Assembly (NCBI GenBank): GCA_964343575.1
Contig: CAYFJV010000001.1
Span: 155,402 to 200,704, forward strand
From: an uncultured Methanosarcinales archaeon
Lineage (GTDB): Archaea; Nanobdellota; Nanobdellia; Woesearchaeales; GW2011-AR9
Direction: 5' to 3'
Length of the DNA stretch: 45,303 nucleotides
Under the pieces are notes generated by a model, which did no database searches, had not been told where the DNA came from, and was given only the letters and a program-made list of their open reading frames with translations. A program made the position numbers and the translations under genes. Of this stretch, positions 29,779-37,251 are shown one piece after another; the first letter of the stretch is position 1; every line of letters begins with the position of its first letter.

Positions 29779-30349
29779 TTTACACCCACTTTACTTACAG
29801 GAAGGAGTGCAAAAACAAGTTAGAGAACAGCTTTTTTCACAGGGATTTGTGCAGTTATCCTCGCTATTTTCAGTCTCAGAACTTAGAAAACTAAATAAAA
29901 TTATGCGAACTTCTGGAAAAATAAAGAGATATAATCCAGATAAATTTTCTTTTACAAAAATTTTGTTTAGCGAGGAAGAAAAGAAACTTCTTTTTGATAA
30001 AATCGGCGATTTGTTGACATGGATTGCTGGAAAAAAAGTTAAGATTTTAGAACTTGAAGGAAGAGAGTTCAAACACCGTGACTACACACTTCTTCACGAC
30101 GAAGAAAGTTTGAAAAATTATGCGAAAAAAGTAGGGAAAAGGCACTTTTTTTGTTTAGAATTAAGTTCTGATTGGCTTGAAGAAAGTGGCGGACAAGATT
30201 ATTTTGTTTTTGATGAAGAAACCTTTATTTTACCAGTTTTAGAAAACAGTTTTTCAGTAGTTCTCGAGGTAGAGAAACATTTTACTAAGTATGTAAATTG
30301 CTTAGCTGATGGTAGAAAAAGAGTTCTTATAATGGGTTTTTTCCATTAA
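29771..30349 (+). CDS. Protein resembling the OGFOD1/Tpa1 C-terminal (Ofd1_CTDD) degenerate oxygenase domain
   Basis: LHPLYL, DYTLLHD, W.EESGG, ENSFSVV and FTKYVN motifs; the ATG at 29771 overlaps the upstream stop (ATGGATAA) and follows GGGTGG. Confidence 0.8.
   Translation: MDNLHPLYLQEGVQKQVREQLFSQGFVQLSSLFSVSELRKLNKIMRTSGKIKRYNPDKFSFTKILFSEEEKKLLFDKIGDLLTWIAGKKVKILELEGREFKHRDYTLLHDEESLKNYAKKVGKRHFFCLELSSDWLEESGGQDYFVFDEETFILPVLENSFSVVLEVEKHFTKYVNCLADGRKRVLIMGFFH
29884..29911. repeat. Intragenic dif-arm copy with TAA-N6-TTA geometry
   Basis: TAGAAAACTAA-ATAAAA-TTATGCGAACT; the right arm is an exact consensus copy and the left arm is degenerate. Confidence 0.45.
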
Positions 30350-30376
30350 ATTTTTCTTCTCGGAGAGTTCGCATAA
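30321..30376 (+). repeat. Tandem dif-arm pair, module A
   Basis: GAGTTCTTATAATGG...TTCTCGGAGAGTTCGCATAA, arms 44 nt apart. Confidence 0.72.
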
Positions 30377-30378
30377 AA

Positions 30379-31320
30379 CTAAGAATAAAGAGGAACAGTG
30401 CCAGTTTCTAATTCTCCAAGAGATCTTCTAAGACCACTGGTACAAAGACCGCCTTCTCTTTTTGGTAAAACAAGAAGCTCAAGATCCTCTAAACCAGCTC
30501 TTACTTCAGAAACTCTTCTTTGATCATTAAGAAAAAAAGCTTTTATTCCTAAATAATGAAGCAGTGCTTGTCCTGCACTTCTCCTATCTAAAAATACTGC
30601 TCTTTCTTTAGATCCTTGAACTTTTCCTGAAACAAGTTCTTGAAAAAATGCTTCCCCTTCTCGACAGGTTTTTGCAAAGCTTGCGAACCTTTCCATTTGA
30701 GCATTAAAATGAGGGTCTTCTTCCAAAGAGACTATGCTATAGATTATTCCCTCTTCAGGGGGACCGGTCTCTCTGACTCTAGCAATCTGATAGCGTAAAC
30801 CAAGGATTCTTGCACCAAATTCAGCAGTATGTGCTTGTCTAAATTCCTGACTAAGATCTGTTCTTCTTCCAAGAAGAACCAAAGCTTCAAGATAAAGTTT
30901 TTCTGCTCTTAAAAGAGCATCAACTATTGAGGAAGATACCCTTGGATCATCAAGCTTCCCATGATCTTTATAGAAACAGAGACATGCGGTTCTAAGCGTC
31001 TGAGCTTGAGCAAGAGGAAGATCAAAATTATCTGGGAAACGTTCCCTGATCATACCCATTGTTCCAGCACTTTCATCTCTCAAGATACTGAGATAATTTT
31101 TAATTGGGAACTTTTCTTCGCGAGGAGAGTATGAAGGATAAGCTCTTCTAACAAATTCACTAAGTGAGATTAGTCCTCTCGTTGTACTCAATGATAACTG
31201 GCCATATTCCAATCTTATTTTCTTGCTGAAGTGAATTCCTTCTTCGTTTATTCTTCTGGCAGTTTCTTCGTCAAAAAGCTGGAAGTTAACTCCTCCTATT
31301 GATTGGCTTGGAATTAGCAT
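30379..31320 (-). CDS. Hypothetical protein (helical), divergent from xerA
   Basis: 313-aa ORF; no family recognised. Confidence 0.7.
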   Translation of the reverse strand: MLIPSQSIGGVNFQLFDEETARRINEEGIHFSKKIRLEYGQLSLSTTRGLISLSEFVRRAYPSYSPREEKFPIKNYLSILRDESAGTMGMIRERFPDNFDLPLAQAQTLRTACLCFYKDHGKLDDPRVSSSIVDALLRAEKLYLEALVLLGRRTDLSQEFRQAHTAEFGARILGLRYQIARVRETGPPEEGIIYSIVSLEEDPHFNAQMERFASFAKTCREGEAFFQELVSGKVQGSKERAVFLDRRSAGQALLHYLGIKAFFLNDQRRVSEVRAGLEDLELLVLPKREGGLCTSGLRRSLGELETGTVPLYS

Positions 31321-31421
31321 TACATTTTTTTGTTTTATCCTTTTTTTAAAATATTCTCTCTTTTCTTTAACAATAATTGACTTTTACCGATTTTTTACCT
31401 TAGAAGTGGGAAGTGATTAGA

Positions 31422-31449
31422 TTTATATAGTCTCAAGATTATCTGAACT
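31422..31449 (+). promoter_or_regulatory. xerA TATA box plus a dif-arm motif at the predicted transcription start
   Basis: TTTATATA (31422-31429), then TTATCTGAACT (31439-31449, reverse complement AGTTCAGATAA) just before the ATG at 31452. Confidence 0.6.
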
Positions 31450-31451
31450 TT

Positions 31452-32285
31452 ATGAGAAGAGGTGGAGCGAGAGATGTTGATCTTTCTGAATTAGAAACCG
31501 AATTAGAACTACGGGGGATGGCTGATAATACCATCAAGTTGTATTTCAAATACAACGCACGTTTTCTCAAATTTGCTGATAAAACTCCAGAGCAAGTCAC
31601 CAAAACTGATGTCAAAAAATTTCTTGCCAGCCTTGTGAAGAAAAAAACAGCGCCAAGAACCATTAACATGGTACGCTCGGCGCTCCTCTTTTATTACAAC
31701 GAAGTTTTGGGTAAGGATTTTGTAGCAGTAAAGATTCCAAAAGTTAAGCGCTCGCTTCCAGTTTTCTTAAGTAAGGAAGAAATAAGTCATTTGATTGTGC
31801 AAGCAGGAACAGCAAAGAGTCAGCTCATCATTAAGTTTCTCTACAGTAGCGGTTTGCGCGTCTCTGAGCTTTGTTCACTTCGCATAGAGGATCTTGAGCT
31901 TAGCGATAGGAAAGGCTTTGTACGTGATGGGAAAGGGGGTAAGGATCGCTTATTTTTCATCTCTGAAGGCTTGTCTACAGAATTGGCTGCTTTTTTGGGA
32001 CAGCTTAAGCAAGGTTATGTCTTTCCAAACCATTATGGTGAGCGTATGACTGAGCGTAATGTGCAAAAGATCATTAGTCGTGCAGGCAAGAAAGCAGGAA
32101 TTATGAAACAAGTAACCCCCCATAAACTTCGTCATTCTTTTGCTACGCATTTACATGATTCTGGAACCTCTATTCGTACTATTCAGGAATTGCTTGGTCA
32201 TGCTAATCTACAAACCACGGAGATTTATACGCATGTTTCGCAGCAGCGGCTTAGAAATGTGAAAAATCCTTTAGAGGATATTTAA
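31452..32285 (+). CDS. xerA: XerA-like tyrosine recombinase
   Basis: SAM-like N-terminal domain; catalytic R (GLRVSE), K (GKGGKDR), HKLRH, LGH and Y (TTEIY); lacks the integron-integrase insertion. Confidence 0.9.
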   Translation: MRRGGARDVDLSELETELELRGMADNTIKLYFKYNARFLKFADKTPEQVTKTDVKKFLASLVKKKTAPRTINMVRSALLFYYNEVLGKDFVAVKIPKVKRSLPVFLSKEEISHLIVQAGTAKSQLIIKFLYSSGLRVSELCSLRIEDLELSDRKGFVRDGKGGKDRLFFISEGLSTELAAFLGQLKQGYVFPNHYGERMTERNVQKIISRAGKKAGIMKQVTPHKLRHSFATHLHDSGTSIRTIQELLGHANLQTTEIYTHVSQQRLRNVKNPLEDI

Positions 32286-32362
32286 ACAAACAGAGTCCAA
32301 ATAAATGGTTTCTCTCCATATAAAAAGACGAATTAGACAAATTTATCTTCAAAGTCAGCCAT

Positions 32363-32845
32363 ATGTTTATAAAGACTGTCCAATCTAGAGACATTGTGGT
32401 ATACCAAAGGTATGAAACGCATTTAGCCAAGCTGTTAGGTATGTTTGTTGATAAGTATAGGGACGATCTTGTAACGGAGCTAGGCGGTGCTTATTACAAT
32501 AGAGTAGTATTTCCCAAGTTGGTTCGTGGAGCACTTGAAGAGGGATTAGCTTATTTAGGATTGGATGAAGAAGAAGAAGACCCCTTAAGAGTATATCTTT
32601 CTAGAAGAATAGTTGAGGCAGGTCATGATAGAGAAGCAGCGCAAGAAGTTGTTGGTGTTTTTTGTGGTACCTTGGAATCATTTTTAAGAGAGTTAGGAGA
32701 TAGTCAACGAAAAGGGATACCAGATGCTGATGAATTAAGAGCAGCTTATTCTACTGAGAGAAATGTTACAAAACTCGCAAAGCAATATGGAGTATCAAGA
32801 CCAACGATATATCGCTGGCTTAGAAGACATAAAATTAGTACTTAA
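32363..32845 (+). CDS. Protein with C-terminal resolvase/Hin-like HTH
   Basis: NVTKLAKQYGVSRPTIYRWLRRH. Confidence 0.75.
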   Translation: MFIKTVQSRDIVVYQRYETHLAKLLGMFVDKYRDDLVTELGGAYYNRVVFPKLVRGALEEGLAYLGLDEEEEDPLRVYLSRRIVEAGHDREAAQEVVGVFCGTLESFLRELGDSQRKGIPDADELRAAYSTERNVTKLAKQYGVSRPTIYRWLRRHKIST

Positions 32846-32848
32846 ATT

Positions 32849-33304
32849 TTAGAAAAAAGTCTCTAAGGTTAAATTAACCACATTCTCTTTTGCTTGTTTT
32901 TCTTTGAAGAGTGGATCAAGTTGCACAAGAATTTGTTTATTCACATAAGAACGGATAATAGGAATTCCTTTTTGAGAAAGAGAAGAGATGTATTCTTTGA
33001 CAAGAGTCAAGGGCACCTTAGCTTTTTCAGAAATTTCTTTGAAAGCCATAGAGAATTCGTTGGTGTACATCACCAAGAAGATTTGTTTCTCAACTTCATT
33101 GAGCGGCACAATGTTGTGATCAATAACACCTTGCTGCAAATGCACTTGGTCCAATCGTGCATTAAGTTTGTCAATCTTTACTTCAATGTCGTGGAGGTAA
33201 TCAAAGAGGCCTTGAATCTCAGAACTATTTTCATTAATTGCCATGAGATGTTCATCAAAATTCTCACGAACTTTGGCTATTTGTTCTCGAAGACTTGACC
33301 TCAT
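32849..33304 (-). CDS. Coiled-coil + winged-helix protein with PIP-box-like C-terminus
   Basis: N-terminal heptads; LNEVEKQIFLVMY...FKEISEKAKVPLTLVKEYISSLSQKGIPI wHTH pattern; ends NLTLETFF; GAGGT RBS. Confidence 0.78.
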   Translation of the reverse strand: MRSSLREQIAKVRENFDEHLMAINENSSEIQGLFDYLHDIEVKIDKLNARLDQVHLQQGVIDHNIVPLNEVEKQIFLVMYTNEFSMAFKEISEKAKVPLTLVKEYISSLSQKGIPIIRSYVNKQILVQLDPLFKEKQAKENVVNLTLETFF

Positions 33305-33497
33305 TTTTTACCTCTTCTTCGAAAGCTCTCGCTAGCTTTCATTACCACACAAAAGAAGTGTAAGAAAAATCTCTTACGCCTCTATCCCACCCCTGAGATG
33401 ACTTGGTGAAACTTTTATCGTTTAAATAACTTTCTCTTGTTGAGACAAGCATCACTTTTCGATGGTAAGAAGTGTTTAAAAGAAGAAGGAAAATTGT

Positions 33498-34112
33498 TTG
33501 TCGCTTAAGGGTTTTCTAGAATACTTATTTGATTATTTGTTTTCTAAGAGTAGAAATTGTTATAACTCTATTAAGTTTGAAGAAAGTGTGGAAGTTGGAA
33601 CTTATAAGAATCGAATTGGCTGGTACTTCCAAGACAGAATCCGAGACATTCTTGGAGTTATGCATAACCCCGGAGAAGGAGCAGACCTTGTCTCTTTTAA
33701 AGACGGTTTTGCACCAACGGCTATAGAAGTTAAATCACGTATGACTAAATACGGTGGCTGGTCAGTAGATAATGATCAAGTAAGAAGATATCCAAAGTTA
33801 CATAGAGAGTTAGAAGACGGTTTGTGGTGGGCTTTTGCAGTTTATGATCTTGCCTGTAGTGTTGGAGAAGTAAGAGATGAAGATGATTTTATGAAACTCA
33901 CTTCAAACAGAAGAGTTTACCTTATGAGAACAGACCTTGTTTTAGGATACAGGGTAGATAGAGGAGGGTGGAGAAACGTTCGTCTAAGAGGAGTTACTGA
34001 GGCAGCAAAAGGTTTTGTTGAAAGAGAGATTTATGGAACAAGGGTGTTTATACCTCCAGAGAGTTCTTTAACTCCAAGGTTAGAAAGACTCCTTATTCCT
34101 GTTCCTTTCTAA
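33498..34112 (+). CDS. Putative PD-(D/E)xK nuclease-fold protein
   Basis: GADLVSF...AIEVKS motif; the start codon is uncertain (TTG). Confidence 0.6.
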   Translation: MSLKGFLEYLFDYLFSKSRNCYNSIKFEESVEVGTYKNRIGWYFQDRIRDILGVMHNPGEGADLVSFKDGFAPTAIEVKSRMTKYGGWSVDNDQVRRYPKLHRELEDGLWWAFAVYDLACSVGEVRDEDDFMKLTSNRRVYLMRTDLVLGYRVDRGGWRNVRLRGVTEAAKGFVEREIYGTRVFIPPESSLTPRLERLLIPVPF

Positions 34113-34145
34113 ACTATTTTAAAGAAAGATTATTTTTTCCTTTCC

Positions 34146-34778
34146 ATGAGTTTTCGTAGTAAAAGAGAATTTGCAGTTTGCTTAAGTAAGTTAGATTCTT
34201 TTGAAACACATTCTGTAAAGTTGGAGCAGTACGCAACACCTTCAGAGATTGCAGCAGATTGGCTTTGGAATATGGCCATGCAAAGTGAGATTAATAGTCG
34301 CGTATTTCTAGATGCAGGTTGTGGTCCTGGAACTCTTGGTTTGGGTTTGTTATTGTTAGGTGCTCGTAAGGTGTATTTTTTAGATAAAGATGCTGCTGTG
34401 CTTGAAGTGTGTAGAAGAAATTTTGAAAAGTTGTCTTCAGAGTATGAGTTAGGAGAAGCAGAGTTTATTGCTTCAGATATTTCTTTGTTTGATGGAGAAG
34501 AGGGAGAGATTGACGGAGTTGTACAAAATCCTCCTTTTGGTACTAAGGAAAAACATCATGATAAAAAGTTCTTAGAAAAAGCTTTTGAGCTTTCTGGGAA
34601 GATTTGGAGTATGCATAAGTGGAGCACAAAAGTTTTTGTTGAAGCAATTGCCAAAGATCATAGTTTTGTCATTAGTTCTGTTTGGCGTTATGAGTTTCCT
34701 GTTAGAGCACAGTTCTCTTTTCATAAAAAACCTGTTCGTAAGGTAGATGTTGGCGTTTGGAAGTTGGAGAAAGCGTAG
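34146..34778 (+). CDS. METTL5-family N6-adenine rRNA methyltransferase
   Basis: LEQYATP, DAGCGPG SAM-binding motif, NPPFG, C-terminal FHKK. Confidence 0.92.
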   Translation: MSFRSKREFAVCLSKLDSFETHSVKLEQYATPSEIAADWLWNMAMQSEINSRVFLDAGCGPGTLGLGLLLLGARKVYFLDKDAAVLEVCRRNFEKLSSEYELGEAEFIASDISLFDGEEGEIDGVVQNPPFGTKEKHHDKKFLEKAFELSGKIWSMHKWSTKVFVEAIAKDHSFVISSVWRYEFPVRAQFSFHKKPVRKVDVGVWKLEKA

Positions 34779-34802
34779 ATTTTGTGTCGTTTGTTGTTTT
34801 TT

Positions 34803-34857
34803 ATGTTCTTATAATGGACTTTGAGCTTATCTCTTTGTTCTCTGAGAGTTCGCATAA
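34803..34857 (+). repeat. Tandem dif-arm pair, module B
   Basis: GTTCTTATAATGG (13/13 identical to module A)...TTCTCTGAGAGTTCGCATAA (19/20 identical to module A), arms 43 nt apart, intergenic. Confidence 0.75.
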
Positions 34858-34911
34858 TGTTCCATTCTTTCAGAGCTTTTTTATAGATTAAGAACATCCT
34901 TCCCTCCTTCG

Positions 34912-35718
34912 ATGGGACGGAGGTTTCTTAGTGGCTTGGTAATGACAGTAGTTACTTCTTTCTCTGCAAGCTGTGATAAAGTTGATTTGAGTGGTACTGC
35001 GCTCGTTGAAATTTCTGGTTGCTTAGATGTACACCTAACTGATATTGATGCGTATTATGATAAAAAAACTAAGGTACAGCACAGAGATGCCATTGTTCGC
35101 ATAGACCCTAGTTGTCTGGATGTTAAAGATTGGCAGCTTCAAGCAGTAAGTATAGATCCCAACAAAGGGTTTGCTCTTTCAAGAACTTATCATGAAACAA
35201 GTGGGGGCTTTGATTTAGATCTTGCACCGATCCCAAGTAACATTGGTTTTTTTCTTCCCGTGCTTCCAAAAAGTGATAAAGAATATGTAAGTGGTCTTTT
35301 CACTATCTACAAAGCAAAAAAATATGGAGAAAATTCTCGAGATTTAACCTACGGCTTTGATAACGCCTGTAGCAGCTCAGAGATTGATGAGCTTCTTGGC
35401 TTTTGTGAAGAGCAGGGACTTCCTTGTTACGTTGCCTCAGGGGCAGGAATCAAGTTTATTTTATTACCAAAAGAAGAAGTAAATGGCTTTAGCCCCGGCG
35501 ATCTGGTACGAGAGATTTGTGATGATGATTTCTTTTATAATACTCTCTTGATTAGAGAGCCACTGGAGAGTGTGAAAGATACTGGTGATACTGGCTTGAG
35601 GGACAGTGCAGATAATAGAGCAGAACTTGTACAGGAGCCTAGTCTTACTATTCCACAACTCCATGAGCTTCTTCAAAGAGATAGAGATGCAATCTATTTT
35701 GGAACTCTTCCAAACTAA
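34912..35718 (+). CDS. Putative lipoprotein, hypothetical
   Basis: MGRRFLSGLVMTVVTSFSAS-C leader; several Cys residues. Confidence 0.65.
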   Translation: MGRRFLSGLVMTVVTSFSASCDKVDLSGTALVEISGCLDVHLTDIDAYYDKKTKVQHRDAIVRIDPSCLDVKDWQLQAVSIDPNKGFALSRTYHETSGGFDLDLAPIPSNIGFFLPVLPKSDKEYVSGLFTIYKAKKYGENSRDLTYGFDNACSSSEIDELLGFCEEQGLPCYVASGAGIKFILLPKEEVNGFSPGDLVREICDDDFFYNTLLIREPLESVKDTGDTGLRDSADNRAELVQEPSLTIPQLHELLQRDRDAIYFGTLPN

Positions 35719-35777
35719 AGATTTATAAGCGGTTGCTTTTCTCGCCTTTCTAAAAATATTGTATGAGGAGTGAAATT

Positions 35778-36014
35778 ATGGCAGGATATGATCCAAGTTT
35801 AGATAAAGAATTATTCAAAAAAAGTATTGAGTTCGAACGCTCAGTGATTGATGTTAAAATTATGTCTTACAACGAAGGTGTTTCAAAAGTGCAGATTGCA
35901 AGGCAATCTCGCAAAGCTGATGGAAGTTTGGGTTTTGCAAAGCTTGGAAGACTTACTAAAGAAGAACTTGAGAAAGTATTGCCTGCATTGCAAGAAGCGC
36001 TTGGGCAGCTTTAG
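35778..36014 (+). CDS. Small conserved-looking protein, possibly PC4/YdbC-like ssDNA-binding fold
   Basis: GAGGAGTGA RBS; SYNEGVSKVQIAR...FAKLGRLTKEEL beta-beta-helix pattern. Confidence 0.6.
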   Translation: MAGYDPSLDKELFKKSIEFERSVIDVKIMSYNEGVSKVQIARQSRKADGSLGFAKLGRLTKEELEKVLPALQEALGQL

Positions 36015-36036
36015 AACTATTGAAAGTTTTTTCAAA

Positions 36037-36657
36037 ATGTCCTTTGCAAACGTTTTACTTTCTTTTCTTTTAGGATTTCTTTTTGCAGAGTTTATTGGCT
36101 ATTTTTTACACATGCTTTTACACAGTAACAAAGTTCGTTTTCTAAGTAGAAACCATATGATTCATCATCTACAAATCTATGGGCCAAAACAAAAACAACT
36201 TGCTAAAGAGTACAAAAACTCTGTTCAAAATCGTTTTGCTTTGATGAACATTGGTACGGAGTGGATCTTTCCTGTCTTTCTAGTTGAGTGTAGCATCTTT
36301 TTAGTTGGTTTTCTTCTTGGAGTTCCAGTTGCTTATATCTCTTTATTTGCTGGGGCAACGCTTCTTTGGGGCTACTTTCTCTTTGCTTACATGCATGCAA
36401 AGTTACATGTTGAAGGCTTCTGGATGGAGGAAAGTTGGTTTTTTAAGAAGTGGTTTTTACGGGCGCGAAAACTTCATCTGATCCATCATCACCGTTTGGA
36501 TAATGTTGGTAGAATGAACACAAATTATGGTATTTGTTTCTTCTTTTTTGATAGCATCTTTGGAAGTCTTAGAAAAGAGTTTGAAGCTTTTAATGAAAAT
36601 GGATTTAAGGCTGCGAAAAAGAGATACGCTTATCTTTTTGATGATAAAAACTTATAA
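36037..36657 (+). CDS. Fatty-acid hydroxylase / sterol desaturase superfamily membrane protein
   Basis: His boxes HMLLH, HMIHH, HAKLH and HLIHHH, plus NYG...FDSIFGS; start taken as the ATG at 36037. Confidence 0.88.
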   Translation: MSFANVLLSFLLGFLFAEFIGYFLHMLLHSNKVRFLSRNHMIHHLQIYGPKQKQLAKEYKNSVQNRFALMNIGTEWIFPVFLVECSIFLVGFLLGVPVAYISLFAGATLLWGYFLFAYMHAKLHVEGFWMEESWFFKKWFLRARKLHLIHHHRLDNVGRMNTNYGICFFFFDSIFGSLRKEFEAFNENGFKAAKKRYAYLFDDKNL

Positions 36658-36680
36658 AACAAGATGATTGAGACCAATCT

Positions 36681-37250
36681 ATGGTTGAAAGAGTAGAGCA
36701 TGTCGCTTTGGAGAATCTGGACTTCTTATCAGGAAAGGATAAGTCTCCACAAGGGCTTGTTGATGGAGATATTGTTGAGCTCTTGCGTTTGTTATATAGT
36801 GCTGGTTATCTTACTACTTCTTCTTGTTCTGGGAGGGTAACTCTGATGAGAGGAGTGAAGAAGGGATCTTCTGAGTGGATCTACAAAGATCACTTTCATG
36901 GTGATTTTGAGAGGATATGGGAGATTGTGAGTGAGCTTAGTGATGGTGAGCATTTGCGTTTCTTGTTTGAGCCTTTTATTATCCATGTCAAATGCGGCAG
37001 TTTAGAAAAAGCTGAAGTGTTGCTGAGCGAGTTGCATGTGCATGGGCTTAAGAAGTCAAGCCTTATCTCTTTTAACGATTTTATTATCGAAATTCTTGAT
37101 ACAGGGAGAATGGAAACTTTGGTTGATTCTAGCCTGAGTCGTGGCTATGTTGAAGGGCTGGTTGCTGAAGCAAATAGACGTCTTGAAAAAACTAAGAAGA
37201 GAATCAGGGAGCTGGAGATTATTCTTTCAAAACAAGGAGAGGTAGCTTAG
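36681..37250 (+). CDS. taw3: Tyw3/Taw3 tRNA wyosine methyltransferase family protein
   Basis: DKSPQGLVD, TTSSCSGR and PFIIHV motifs. Confidence 0.88.
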   Translation: MVERVEHVALENLDFLSGKDKSPQGLVDGDIVELLRLLYSAGYLTTSSCSGRVTLMRGVKKGSSEWIYKDHFHGDFERIWEIVSELSDGEHLRFLFEPFIIHVKCGSLEKAEVLLSELHVHGLKKSSLISFNDFIIEILDTGRMETLVDSSLSRGYVEGLVAEANRRLEKTKKRIRELEIILSKQGEVA

Positions 37251-37251
37251 T

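Noticed and set aside
31452..32285. Integron integrase or prophage integrase
   Set aside because: It lacks the IntI-specific insertion, no attC-like cassettes or viral genes were seen, and a dif-like site nearby fits XerA.
27400..37250. Strand-skew inversion at dif
   Set aside because: By eye the + strand stays G/T-rich on both sides, so no clear switch is visible; a computed skew is needed.
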